From Parcubacteria group bacterium GW2011_GWD2_38_12 (lineage in GTDB: Bacteria; Patescibacteriota; Minisyncoccia; GWC2-36-17), in assembly GCA_000992345.1 (NCBI GenBank), contig LBUA01000001.1, positions 13,542 through 77,541 on the forward strand: DNA of 64,000 bases. Direction: 5' to 3'. A program made the position numbers and the translations under genes. The notes under the pieces were generated by a model, which was not told where the DNA came from, made no database searches, and saw only the letters and a program-made list of their open reading frames with translations. Below are positions 34,377-44,852 of this stretch, in pieces. Position 1 is the stretch's first letter. The number at the start of each line of letters is the position of its first letter.

Positions 34377-34925
34377 ATGAAAAAACGGATAAGGGATGAC
34401 GATATTAAAATTGATGATCTTTGTGAAATATATGAGACAAAAGATATAAATAAGGTTGAGTTTGAAATGGCTCATAATGATATCAACAAAGATTATGTGC
34501 CATATATTTGCGTATATCCCAAGAGTTATGGAGCTGAGAGTTTGCTTTTTTGGATGGATACCGTAATGTCCGTAAAAATAAAGGCGATTTGTCTTGCGAA
34601 ATTGTTTTGGCTACTTTTAAATGATGAAAATATGGCCCGTATAATTTTTGAAGGTGGGCGGTCGCAGAATTTGCAAGATTTAAAATCCGATTGCGGCTTT
34701 GATCACAATTCAAAAGACGGGGATTATTGTGATGCTGTCGGTATAAAACAAGAGGATTTTAAAAAAGCTTTTAGCGCGCTTGATAATTTATTTTATGCCA
34801 ACCATATGGAGCAAATGGTTGATATTCTAGAATTATTTCTGCAAAAATCATTTGAGAATAAAATAAAATCCTCAGTTTTGCATATTTTATTAAGGAATTT
34901 GATTGAAAAAATAGCATTGGCATAG
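34377..34925 (+). CDS. Hypothetical protein
   Basis: 182-aa ORF with AAGGAGG Shine-Dalgarno upstream and no recognised motif. Confidence 0.7.
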   Translation: MKKRIRDDDIKIDDLCEIYETKDINKVEFEMAHNDINKDYVPYICVYPKSYGAESLLFWMDTVMSVKIKAICLAKLFWLLLNDENMARIIFEGGRSQNLQDLKSDCGFDHNSKDGDYCDAVGIKQEDFKKAFSALDNLFYANHMEQMVDILELFLQKSFENKIKSSVLHILLRNLIEKIALA

Positions 34926-35042
34926 GAAATAAAATTAAAAGAGCTATCTTTCGGGATTGCTCTTTTTTGTCTTTAAAGTATACTTTTAGTAATGATATAG
35001 AGAGAGAAATGTGAAAGTAATTTCTCTTGTCTCCGAGCCGAG

Positions 35043-35062
35043 CCTGCCTGTAGGCAGGCAGG
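35043..35062. repeat. REP-like palindrome CCTGCCTG-TAGG-CAGGCAGG
   Basis: Palindrome with a related copy inside pheT at 12591-12610. Confidence 0.75.
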
Positions 35063-35089
35063 GAGTTGACGCAGGTTAATGCCTTTAGT

Positions 35090-35848
35090 ATGTCCCAATA
35101 TTATAATCCTAAAAGGACAAAAAATTTATTTAATCCCGAAAGTAAAGACCAATTTAAATTGAGTCGTTCAAAAATTGACCTTTTTTTGAATTGTCCGCGA
35201 TGTTTTTATTTGGATAGACGTCTTGGAGTCGATAGGCCGCCGGGATTTCCATTTGCCTTGAATTCCGCGGTTGATAAATTACTCAAGAAAGAATTTGATA
35301 TTCACCGCATTAAAGCGTCAGCTCATCCATTGATGGATAAATATAAAATTGATGCCATACCGTTTTTGCATAAAGATTTGGATCAGTGGCGCGCAAATTT
35401 TATTGGCGTGCAATATCTCCATAAACCGACAAATTTTATTGTTACCGGAGCGATTGATGATGTTTGGATAAATTCCAATGGTGAGTTGATGGTGGTTGAT
35501 TATAAGGCAACAAGCAAGGAAAGCGAGGTCAATCTTGAAGCGGAGTGGCAAATAGGGTATAAAAGACAGATGGAAATTTATCAATGGCTTTTGCGAAAAA
35601 ATGGCCATAAAGTTTCTGATATCGGATATTTTGTCTATTGCAACGGTAAAACGGATAGAGCGGCGTTTGATGGTAAATTGGATTTTGATGTGACAATCTT
35701 GGATTATAAGGGAGATGACGGTTGGGTGGAAAAAGCCGTAAAAGAAGCCCATGATTGTTTAGTGGCAGATAGTATTCCGAAAGCAAATTCGGATTGTGAT
35801 TACTGCAATTATCGCGAAGCGGTGAATGATTTAAAAATTAGCCGTTAG
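35090..35848 (+). CDS. PD-(D/E)XK RecB/Cas4-like nuclease with four Cys (possible metal or Fe-S site)
   Basis: LSRSK..CPRC, GAIDD, VVDYK, QMEIY, C-terminal CDYC. ATG 35090. Confidence 0.85.
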   Translation: MSQYYNPKRTKNLFNPESKDQFKLSRSKIDLFLNCPRCFYLDRRLGVDRPPGFPFALNSAVDKLLKKEFDIHRIKASAHPLMDKYKIDAIPFLHKDLDQWRANFIGVQYLHKPTNFIVTGAIDDVWINSNGELMVVDYKATSKESEVNLEAEWQIGYKRQMEIYQWLLRKNGHKVSDIGYFVYCNGKTDRAAFDGKLDFDVTILDYKGDDGWVEKAVKEAHDCLVADSIPKANSDCDYCNYREAVNDLKISR

Positions 35849-35906
35849 CTTTTAGATTCTATTTAAGAAGTTAACAATTAACAATTAACAATTAATAGCT
35901 AATTCA

Positions 35907-37184
35907 ATGATTGATATAGATTTACTTCGTAAAAATCCCGAGACATTCGTGAGGGGCTCAAAAAATAAAAACATTAATATAGATATTGATGAAGTTTTGG
36001 AATTGGATAAAAGGTGGCGCGATGTATTGAGGGAGACGGAAGATATGCGAGCTAAACAGAATTTTTTTGGCGAAGGAGTATCCTCCGAAAAGAGTGAGGC
36101 GAGAAAAAGGGAGATGATAGAAGAGCTTAAAAATATAAAAGATCAAATAAAAACCAAAGAAATTGAAGAAAGTATATTGAAAGAAAAATTAGATAAAATG
36201 ATTCGGCAAATTCCCAATCCTCCCTTTGATGGCGTGATTATCGGGAAAGATGAAAACGACAATAAAGTATTGCGTGAAATTGGATTAAAACCATTTTTTA
36301 ATTTTAAATTTAAAAATTACATTGAGATAGGCGAGGAATTGGATTTGATAGATACGGAAAGAGCGGCTAAAGTTTCTGGTACAAGATTCGGATATTTGAA
36401 GGGAGGAGCGGCCGTACTGGAATTTGCTCTTATTCAATATGCGTTTGATATTTTAATGAAAGAAGGTTTTGTCCCTATTGTTCCTCCAGTTCTTGTAAAA
36501 CCGGAAGCTATACAGGCGATGGGTTATGTCGAGCGTGGCGGAGATGAGATATATTTTTTAGAAAAAGACAATATATATCTTGTGGGCACATCTGAACAAT
36601 CAATCGGTCCCATGCATAAGGATGAAATTTTTGAAGAAAAAGAATTGCCAAAAAGATATGTTGCTTTTTCATCTTGCTTTAGAAGAGAAGCCGGTTCACA
36701 CGGAAAAGACACTCGGGGAATTTTGAGGGTGCATCAATTTGATAAGTTAGAAATGTTTTGTATTACGACGCCGGAAAAATCAAAAGAGGAACACCAATTT
36801 TTATTGTCGCTTGAAGAAAGATTAATGCAGGGATTAAAAATTCCCTATAGAGTTCTAGATATTTGCAGTGGAGATTTGGGGGATCCGGCGGCCGCAAAAT
36901 ACGACATTGAGGCCTGGATACCGTCTCAGGATACTTATCGCGAGACCCACTCATCATCAAATACGACCGATTTCCAATCAAGGAGATTAAATATTAGATA
37001 TCGTCCCAAAGGCCAAGAAAAAGGCACTCGATTTGTACATATGCTCAATGGCACGGCCTTTGCCATTGGCAGAATGATTATTGCCATACTGGAGAATTAT
37101 CAGCAAGCAGATGGATCGATTGTGATTCCCGAGGTTCTGCAAAAATACATGCCCGGACACAAGGATATTATTTCTAAAAAATAA
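35907..37184 (+). CDS. serS: Serine--tRNA ligase
   Basis: GTSEQ, CFRREAG, RGILRVHQFDKLE, KYDIEAW, LNGT. Confidence 0.98.
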   Translation: MIDIDLLRKNPETFVRGSKNKNINIDIDEVLELDKRWRDVLRETEDMRAKQNFFGEGVSSEKSEARKREMIEELKNIKDQIKTKEIEESILKEKLDKMIRQIPNPPFDGVIIGKDENDNKVLREIGLKPFFNFKFKNYIEIGEELDLIDTERAAKVSGTRFGYLKGGAAVLEFALIQYAFDILMKEGFVPIVPPVLVKPEAIQAMGYVERGGDEIYFLEKDNIYLVGTSEQSIGPMHKDEIFEEKELPKRYVAFSSCFRREAGSHGKDTRGILRVHQFDKLEMFCITTPEKSKEEHQFLLSLEERLMQGLKIPYRVLDICSGDLGDPAAAKYDIEAWIPSQDTYRETHSSSNTTDFQSRRLNIRYRPKGQEKGTRFVHMLNGTAFAIGRMIIAILENYQQADGSIVIPEVLQKYMPGHKDIISKK

Positions 37185-37256
37185 TCATAACATTTGACGT
37201 CTGACATTTGACGCCTGACATTTTTTAAAAGTTAATTGTCGATTGCTGATGGTTAA

Positions 37257-38132
37257 TTGTTCTCTTCGCGATTGTCTCGCAATTACAGTAAAAATTATAA
37301 TTTCTCGGGTAGATCCCCAATAAAATCGCGAAATTCAATATGGCGGACGGTTGTTAAATTTGTATATATAGTTTTGCCCATAATTATTATTGTATTTGGA
37401 GTATATTTTTTTATTTTTTCCGATTTTTTCAAAATCAAAGAAATTGTGGTTAGAGGTAATAGTTATGTCGTCAGCGCGGCCATAGTGGATGCATTTCAGA
37501 ATATATTTGCGGAAACGAAATTGTTATTTTTGAAAAATAACAATTTGAATATATTGAATTCTCAAAGCGCAGAGCAAGAAATTAAAGATAAATTTCCGAG
37601 GATAGAAGAAGTAAGCATAGAAAAACAATGGCCGGATAAAATTATTGTGGTCATCAAAGAGAAAGAAGCAGTGGAGATATTGTGCAAATCAAAAAATGCC
37701 TCTGTTTCCGATTTTTCCGTTGCTAATTTTTCCGACTGTTTTTTTATTGATAAAAACGGCATTGCTTTTGACAGAGCGGCTGACACTCAGGGATTTTTAA
37801 TTCTAAAAATTCTGGATAATAGGGGAGTTGATATTGGGCTGGATAAAAAATCGTTAAATACGGAATTTTTGAATTTTGTCAGAGACTTAAAAAATAACTT
37901 TGACGATTATTTGAATTACAATATAAAATTAATAGTCCTCGATCATTCGGCGCAAAGAGAGGTTTCTGCTCTAATTGATAATTGGCGGGCGATATTTGAT
38001 GTTTCCGGAGACGCAAAGAAACAGCTTTTTGTATTGAGGGAGGTGTTGGAAAAAGAAGTAAAAGATCAAAAAGACAAGTTGGATTATATTGATTTAAGAG
38101 TTGAGGGCAGAGCGTATTATAAGCTAAAATAA
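37257..38132 (+). CDS. ftsQ: Cell division protein FtsQ/DivIB family
   Basis: Basic N-terminus, single TM helix, POTRA domain (IKEIVVRGN...IEKQWPDKI), C-terminal YIDLR. Confidence 0.8.
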   Translation: MFSSRLSRNYSKNYNFSGRSPIKSRNSIWRTVVKFVYIVLPIIIIVFGVYFFIFSDFFKIKEIVVRGNSYVVSAAIVDAFQNIFAETKLLFLKNNNLNILNSQSAEQEIKDKFPRIEEVSIEKQWPDKIIVVIKEKEAVEILCKSKNASVSDFSVANFSDCFFIDKNGIAFDRAADTQGFLILKILDNRGVDIGLDKKSLNTEFLNFVRDLKNNFDDYLNYNIKLIVLDHSAQREVSALIDNWRAIFDVSGDAKKQLFVLREVLEKEVKDQKDKLDYIDLRVEGRAYYKLK

Positions 38133-38309
38133 TTCTTTTTTAAAATATTTCGGGACAAAAGAATCATTCCCGCAGACGCTGATAAAATTTAAAGAGTCAA
38201 GAGGAGATATTTTATGAATAAAATCTCAGTGTGCGGATAAAAAATCATAGTGTTGTAAATATCCAGTATTATAAATTAAAAAACCAGCCGTTTAAGACGA
38301 CCGGTTTTA

Positions 38310-39323
38310 TCATTTTAGATATTTCAAGATGCTCTGATAATAATTAAGCATCTTATTGCAACACGTAAGATTATAATCCGCCGCTGATGTATACTTTTGG
38401 GGATCCCATTGAAAATAAGATTCTTCAAAATAATTAATCATAAAACGCGCGGCCAGTTCCAGCGTTATAAGAAGAGTGGCATTTAAAGCTGTTTTCTCAT
38501 TAATATAATCTTTTTTGTTTTGAGTTAAATATGCCTTCAATGCCGCGTCAAAAAGTTTTTTATCGAATTCGGCATAATTTTTAATACTCCAACTCCTGAG
38601 AGCGTCTCCAATGTCTATTAATTCATTGGCCCCCATTAAAGTATCCATATCTATTAAAGCAACCACTTTTCCGTCTCTAAAAAGAAAATTTTCAAATTTT
38701 GGATCTCCGTGTATTATTATTTTGGGTAATTTCTTCGGTAAATAATGTTTTGGCGTATTTTCCGATATAAACGATGTTTGGTATTGTGCTTTTCGAGCCT
38801 TTATTTTGTCTTCGCGGTCAGGGCTATTTGATGCAAGAGCAGTCATGAATATCAGTTTTTTAATAATTCGTTTTGTGTTGTGAAAATTTATAGCAGGTGG
38901 CTTATTTATCGGGCCGTCATATTTAGACATAATCTCATGGAATTTACCGAGTTTTGAAGCGGCTTTGATGACTAAGGGAATATTTTTCTCGACTTTGTCA
39001 TGCTCAATATAGCGCGATACCTTCCAATTGTGATTTTTAATCTTTGTCGTTAATGAGAGATTAGAGTTTTTGATTAACTGCGGGATATCGAAGAATTGAT
39101 GATTTCGTAAATAGTTTGATGCGAGATACTGTCTTAAAGTTGTGCTTTTTGGGAAAAATTTATTGAGGCGCTGGGCCACAAATGCCCCCCGATTGGTTAT
39201 TATCTTGAATGTGTCATTTGTAATTCCGCCTGATAATTTTTCGCAACTTTTTATTTCATCCAATCCAAATCTTCCAGCGACTTTTTCTAATGCTTCCATA
39301 TCCCCATCATTGATTATCGGCAT
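38310..39323 (-). CDS. APH-fold kinase, N-acetylhexosamine 1-kinase-like
   Basis: GGITNDTF, AQRLN, HGDPKFENFL, IDMDT, DIGDALRS, ELAARF. Confidence 0.75.
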   Translation of the reverse strand: MPIINDGDMEALEKVAGRFGLDEIKSCEKLSGGITNDTFKIITNRGAFVAQRLNKFFPKSTTLRQYLASNYLRNHQFFDIPQLIKNSNLSLTTKIKNHNWKVSRYIEHDKVEKNIPLVIKAASKLGKFHEIMSKYDGPINKPPAINFHNTKRIIKKLIFMTALASNSPDREDKIKARKAQYQTSFISENTPKHYLPKKLPKIIIHGDPKFENFLFRDGKVVALIDMDTLMGANELIDIGDALRSWSIKNYAEFDKKLFDAALKAYLTQNKKDYINEKTALNATLLITLELAARFMINYFEESYFQWDPQKYTSAADYNLTCCNKMLNYYQSILKYLK

Positions 39324-39365
39324 AATCAGCCCCCTTTTTATATTTTAGCTGTATTTTAAAAGAAC

Positions 39366-40520
39366 CTAATATTTTATCTTAATAAAATCATTATATAATT
39401 TTTCGTATTCTAAGACAATATTTTCAATAGCGTATTTTTGAGCCGCTTTTTGGGAGTTTTCCGACATTTTTTGTCTTAAGGTCGGGTTTTCTATTAATTT
39501 GGTTATCTCTTTTGAGAGTTCGATAAAGCTGTACCTTTCCGTTATGAGACCGGTTGTTCCATGTTCTACATATTCATCGATTGGGGATTTGGCGACAATT
39601 TGCGGCAGGCCTAGAGCCATTGCCTCAAATATCGGCAAGGGCTGATTTTCGGTATCTGATGCGGTAATAAAAATATCATTTGCAGCCACGGCATCGATGA
39701 AATTTTGGTCTATCAACATGCCAAAAAATATGACCTTGTCTCTAATGTTTAATCTTTTCGCGAATTTTTCAAGATTTTTTCTCTCCGGTCCATCGCCAAT
39801 TAAGGAAAGTTTTATTTTGGGATATTTTGGCGAAAGAAGCGCAAAAACTTTCAAGAGTTCATGGATTCTTTTCTCGTAGGTAATTTTTCCGAAATAAACT
39901 AAAGAAAATTCTGGCAAACCACAACGTTTTTTTAGTATATCTTTTTGCGCTGATGGTTTAAATTTAGAAATATCTATTGAGTTGGGAATAATAGAAACTG
40001 GAGCAGTAAGACCGTTTTTGATAAGATTCTCCGCAATGGTTTTTGACGGTACAATGACTATTTTACAGGAGTTATAAAATTTAACAATTTCTTTTTTAAG
40101 GAGGAATTCCGAAAGAAATGATCGACTTTTTATTATATGTTCTATATAGTTGGCATAAAAAGTATGGTGGGATCCGATTAGGGGAAGTTTTAAGATGCGA
40201 GCGACTTTTCGCGCTTCGTGGCCGGCGAAAAAGGGCGTATGAGCATGAATAACATCGGGATTTAATGAAAGAATATCCCGAAAGCCGGGGTTTATGGGAT
40301 GGAAGATATTTTTCAGATTAAAATATTCGTTTTTTGCTCTGTAGATTTCTATAAGTTGCGGTTTTTCAAAGTCGTTATCTATATTATTCTCTGATGATTG
40401 GTTTGTGAAAATAGAAACATTGTGGCCGTGATTTGCAAGTTCGTGGCTTAATGTTTGGAGAGAAACAGAAATACTGTTTATGTCCGGAAGAAAAGTGTCG
40501 GAAAAAAAGGAGATACGCAT
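39366..40520 (-). CDS. Glycosyltransferase family 4 (glycolipid synthase-like)
   Basis: MRISFFSDTFLP, IHAHTPF, HHT, EKRI, ENQPLPIFEAMA. Confidence 0.9.
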   Translation of the reverse strand: MRISFFSDTFLPDINSISVSLQTLSHELANHGHNVSIFTNQSSENNIDNDFEKPQLIEIYRAKNEYFNLKNIFHPINPGFRDILSLNPDVIHAHTPFFAGHEARKVARILKLPLIGSHHTFYANYIEHIIKSRSFLSEFLLKKEIVKFYNSCKIVIVPSKTIAENLIKNGLTAPVSIIPNSIDISKFKPSAQKDILKKRCGLPEFSLVYFGKITYEKRIHELLKVFALLSPKYPKIKLSLIGDGPERKNLEKFAKRLNIRDKVIFFGMLIDQNFIDAVAANDIFITASDTENQPLPIFEAMALGLPQIVAKSPIDEYVEHGTTGLITERYSFIELSKEITKLIENPTLRQKMSENSQKAAQKYAIENIVLEYEKLYNDFIKIKY

Positions 40521-40582
40521 AAAATATGAAACATGTAACATGAAATATGTAATCCGCCGTGGCGGACTTCATGATTCATGAG

Positions 40583-42424
40583 TTAATCGAGTCGGTAGAC
40601 GAAGATTGAGTGTCCAATCGTTGTAATCGGTTTTTTATCTTTGAGCCAGGAGTAGGTATCTTCCGGCTTCATAATAAATCCAGGAGCTGGTTTTCCATGA
40701 GCATTTTGAAGTAATGTGGCAGAAATAGCAAAATAGCCATGATATGGACCCTTTGATGATTGCCATTGGTCATATTTTTCACCAAGATAATATCTGGGTG
40801 ATCCGCCTCCGAAATATTCAACCCCAATTTTATTTATTTTATTTTTTTCAACATATTGAGTAAGCCGTTTTAAATCCTGTCCCCAGTCAAGATTGGAATC
40901 CACTACATATCTGTATCCATTTTTAGGTCCGCCGATCAATTCATTGAAATATGCTAAAAAATACGGGAAAGTGAAAATCGTGGCGATAGCGTACCAAAAA
41001 AGTAGGATTGCGATTAGCGCATAACGCGAGAAAATTTTCAGATATGAACCAATAACATTTCCGATTGCCTTGAATGGGAATTTAGATAGATCAATAATTT
41101 CATTTTTTAATATTGCCCATTTATTTATTTCTGCGCTAATTAGAACATAGACAAAGGGGAATGTCGGAATAATATGCCTGACTCCGATATTAAGATTGCT
41201 ACGGAGCGTGACAAGCCAATACAGTATAATAAATCCCAGCATCGCTACCTCGTGATAATTATTTTTTGCCCAGTGAATTAGAGCCGTAAACATTGATGGT
41301 TCTTCGTGGCGGCGCTTGGTATTGGCAATGAATAATTTTATGAATCCATAAATTGCAATTAGTATCATTATATGTTTAGCCAGTGGTTCTTTTATCAAAT
41401 AAACAATCAGGAAATAGCTTTTCCATCCTGCGGATGACACCTCGCCCAGGTAGTAGGTTGTATTGCCTCCGGTGGCGCGTTGAGTCACCATCAAAAACCC
41501 ATGACCGTATTGGGCAAATGGCCTTAAGATTGGTTTGTCAGACATCCAGATAATCGGATCTGCAAATAAGCGATTCCCGAATGAACCCAAATTGAATATG
41601 GTATCCGCTTTTTGACGCTCGGCGGGATAGTTCCATGTATGCCACTGATAAATCGGCCAGACAACGAAGATAAATCCAGCAGATATAATAGATACGCTCA
41701 TTACACCGTGCTTGAAAGAGCGCCAAATTTTTTCTTTGAATGGAGCGTCTGTTTGGATATATCCGTAGAGTAGGGCGAGTAATCCTAAAAATGGAATTAA
41801 TAAAAATGTGGAAAATTTCGCGAGTATCGCAAAGCCGAAAGCTAAAGAAGCAAGAATAAAGAATTTGGGAGTTTTATTGCGCAGAAATTTAACGAAATAA
41901 TATATAGAAATAAATATACCGGCAGTCGCTCCGATATCGGTGGTGACAAATCTTCCGTGGGCGAGTATTGTTGGAGAAAATACATAAAGGGTCAGTGCCA
42001 TCAAAGCCGTTTTATCTCCAAATTCCTCAAGAGTCCATTTGAAAATATAAAATCCAAGAAGTAGCATTATGAGTATCGGACCAATGCGTCCCCAGAAAAT
42101 TATTTTATCCGGATTATTTCCCGATTCATATAAAAATTGCGATCCCAAAACCCACTGGTCGTTTATATTTTCTTTCCACGCTTTGCCGTCGTTAGGAAAT
42201 TTAAGATCCATAAATTGCAGGGGAAGAGCGGCAATATCTTTTATAAGCGGAGGATGCTCTGGATTTAAGCGCATATCTTTGTATTTAAGATAGGAATATC
42301 CGGCAGCGATATGGGGAGATTCGTCCATAATAACAGAGTCGTTCCACATGCTGGCAACGGCCAAAATAAGCATTATGCCGAGTAATGCGCAAGCAAGGAT
42401 GTTGGTGAATTTGCGTTCAAACAT
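40583..42424 (-). CDS. GT-C fold glycosyltransferase (ArnT/PMT-like)
   Basis: DESPH, LNPEHPPLIK, TTD, K(F/Y)S, GVRH, DSNLDWGQD, many TM helices. Confidence 0.88.
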   Translation of the reverse strand: MFERKFTNILACALLGIMLILAVASMWNDSVIMDESPHIAAGYSYLKYKDMRLNPEHPPLIKDIAALPLQFMDLKFPNDGKAWKENINDQWVLGSQFLYESGNNPDKIIFWGRIGPILIMLLLGFYIFKWTLEEFGDKTALMALTLYVFSPTILAHGRFVTTDIGATAGIFISIYYFVKFLRNKTPKFFILASLAFGFAILAKFSTFLLIPFLGLLALLYGYIQTDAPFKEKIWRSFKHGVMSVSIISAGFIFVVWPIYQWHTWNYPAERQKADTIFNLGSFGNRLFADPIIWMSDKPILRPFAQYGHGFLMVTQRATGGNTTYYLGEVSSAGWKSYFLIVYLIKEPLAKHIMILIAIYGFIKLFIANTKRRHEEPSMFTALIHWAKNNYHEVAMLGFIILYWLVTLRSNLNIGVRHIIPTFPFVYVLISAEINKWAILKNEIIDLSKFPFKAIGNVIGSYLKIFSRYALIAILLFWYAIATIFTFPYFLAYFNELIGGPKNGYRYVVDSNLDWGQDLKRLTQYVEKNKINKIGVEYFGGGSPRYYLGEKYDQWQSSKGPYHGYFAISATLLQNAHGKPAPGFIMKPEDTYSWLKDKKPITTIGHSIFVYRLD

Positions 42425-42521
42425 ATTTAAATTATGAATCATAAAACATGAATCAATTTTTAAAAATACGAATTTTAATTATTGAATGTATGTCGCGTGC
42501 TTCATGTTGTATGTTGCGTGA

Positions 42522-44192
42522 TTATTTAATTATATAATTAAATCCTTCCCCCTTTTCTAATTTTCCGGGAGCCAGAGATTGCAATTGTTTTGTTAAATTA
42601 TCATCATACTCCATTAATATAATAACATACGATTTATCATCATAAAAATTTCGCTTTTTTATATCGTTCGGCAATAAATAAATTATATTCTTTTCAAGTT
42701 GGTTGGTTTTTTTATAGCTGTTTGTTATAAACATTGTTGTCTGACTGGACATGGGAATGTTATTGACCAGTGCGCCCCCGCTATTTATTATTACGTATTT
42801 TTTTATATCCCCGGGCAGATTATTGATAAATCGGCCGATTTTAACGTAATTGTCGGAGAAAGCTCCTTTTATATTGGGATTATTAGCATAATTGACAAAG
42901 TATTTTCGATATCCGCTAAATGCCACGTAAAATAAGATAATAAAATATAGTGGCATAATTAATTTCTTGTTGGAATATAGGAAGATTTTCTTTTTAAAAA
43001 AATTATAAAGTGTAAAAGTTCCAAGGCCGGCAAGTATGAATGTTGGAGGGATGGCGCCGATGGATCTTAAAGCATGCGGCAGGCCTTCGGTGCTCAAGAT
43101 TGACGGAGCAAGCATAGCGGAAAACCACGCAAGTAAAAATATGTGTTGCAAGGGGATGGGATTGTGCGGGAATTTTTTCAGTAATTGGTAGCAGAATTTC
43201 AGGAATTTTTTTAAACAGATGAAAATACCGATTAAGAAGAAAATGCCGACAGGCCAGAAAAGCAATGGTGAACCCGCAAAGTTATGCCGCCAATTCCAGT
43301 CGCCAATAAAATTAAATTGCGCAAGTGTCAAAATAGAGCTTTTTATTACTTCTGTTATTGGATTCTCCGAAGCGAAAATCGAAACCTGTCCGGCTCTGCC
43401 GATGAAATCATCCGGATGAATGTAGAAATAATAGAATATCGGCAATGCCGCAAGAAGGGCAAAAGAGCCGTAAATAACGATGTTATAGAAGAATTCTTTT
43501 AATAATTCTTTTTTGTTTGCGCTATTTTCAATATCGCCGGCGCCATTTGTTCTTATTATTTCAATTAATTTAAAAATCAAAACTGCAATTACCACAATTG
43601 GAACGATACGAAAAGCGATATAGGTGTGAAAACCAAGACCCATGAATATGCCAGCCCAAATAAAATTAATATTTTTTTTAGTTCTAAATCCTTTAAATAA
43701 AAAATAAAAAGAAAAAGTCGTGAGAAACGGCAACATAATGGCGCGAAAACCAATACGGGAGAAGTTTGTATGCCAGAAGCTCACAGCGAGAAAGAAAGAT
43801 GATAAAAGAGCAATAATTTTTGAATTATGAAGTATGAATTTTGAATTATGGAGATTATTTTCTGGCTCCAATTCTTGATTCATAATTCTTGATTCATAAT
43901 TCTTTTTGCAAAAAAGCTCTTTGGTCAATAAATACACTCCTAAAACTGTTAATACGCCAAACAATGCGCTTACTAGTCGCAATGCCCACGGCTCATTGCC
44001 GAATGTCGCGACAGATAGCGCCTGGATATTTATAAAAAGTCCTTCGCGACCGTTATTTTCCGGATAAAATATCTTAAAATTTCCAGTTGAGAGCGCTTCC
44101 AGCGCGTTGTTGCCGTTCATAGCTTCGTCCGGGTAAAGTCCGGGCGGCATCTGGGCTATATTGTAGAAACGGAAAAAAGTCGCTATAATCAA
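42522..44192 (-). CDS. GT-C fold glycosyltransferase (ArnT/PMT-like)
   Basis: PPGLYPDEA, NGREGL, LRLVSA, FSRIGFR, many TM helices. Start codon uncertain. Confidence 0.88.
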   Translation of the reverse strand: MIIATFFRFYNIAQMPPGLYPDEAMNGNNALEALSTGNFKIFYPENNGREGLFINIQALSVATFGNEPWALRLVSALFGVLTVLGVYLLTKELFCKKNYESRIMNQELEPENNLHNSKFILHNSKIIALLSSFFLAVSFWHTNFSRIGFRAIMLPFLTTFSFYFLFKGFRTKKNINFIWAGIFMGLGFHTYIAFRIVPIVVIAVLIFKLIEIIRTNGAGDIENSANKKELLKEFFYNIVIYGSFALLAALPIFYYFYIHPDDFIGRAGQVSIFASENPITEVIKSSILTLAQFNFIGDWNWRHNFAGSPLLFWPVGIFFLIGIFICLKKFLKFCYQLLKKFPHNPIPLQHIFLLAWFSAMLAPSILSTEGLPHALRSIGAIPPTFILAGLGTFTLYNFFKKKIFLYSNKKLIMPLYFIILFYVAFSGYRKYFVNYANNPNIKGAFSDNYVKIGRFINNLPGDIKKYVIINSGGALVNNIPMSSQTTMFITNSYKKTNQLEKNIIYLLPNDIKKRNFYDDKSYVIILMEYDDNLTKQLQSLAPGKLEKGEGFNYIIK

Positions 44193-44284
44193 GATGGCAA
44201 TTAGATAGATTTTATATTTATGAGTTTTGATAAATTGTATATTTAAGTGATCAAGCGATCTTATAAATTATATCAAATTAATCC

Positions 44285-44773
44285 GTGGAAAACCATAAAG
44301 ATAAAAAGAAGGAGATTCCAGCTTTTATGGAAACAAATTCAGTGCAAAGTTTAGAGGCGCAACCAAAAACTCAGCTTCACGAAGAAATCGCCGAACTTGA
44401 AAAAAATTTAGAAGAGAAAAAGCGTTTGGCGGGAATATCAGGCGTTGAGATTCCTTACGAAAAAGAGGTTTTTAAGGATGTTATTAAAGAGCATATCTCT
44501 CAAAAAAGAGAGCAGATTTTGTCTTCTCTACCGCCTTCACAAGCGCAGGCACAACAGGCACAAGTGGCAGATGACGCGCAAAAATTAAAAGAATTGACCG
44601 AGCAGAAACAGCTTGAGGAGTTAATAGGTATTGCTCATAAAAAAAGTCCGATTGCCGCGGCGCATATTGCCGAACATATGAAAAATCCCAGATTACTTGA
44701 TAGCTTTCATGATTATTTGACTGATCAATTGTATGATTATTTAGTAAAAACCAGAAAATTAAGAGAACTTTAA
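44285..44773 (+). CDS. Hypothetical helical protein upstream of the secretion-type ATPase
   Basis: 162-aa charged ORF with C-terminal NPRLLDSFHDYL. Confidence 0.7.
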   Translation: MENHKDKKKEIPAFMETNSVQSLEAQPKTQLHEEIAELEKNLEEKKRLAGISGVEIPYEKEVFKDVIKEHISQKREQILSSLPPSQAQAQQAQVADDAQKLKELTEQKQLEELIGIAHKKSPIAAAHIAEHMKNPRLLDSFHDYLTDQLYDYLVKTRKLREL

Positions 44774-44852
44774 GTTAGCTATTCCAGTGGTTCAGCTATT
44801 TTAGCGGTTTAGCTTCGGCTATACTGCTATACCGCCATACCGCTTACCGCCC

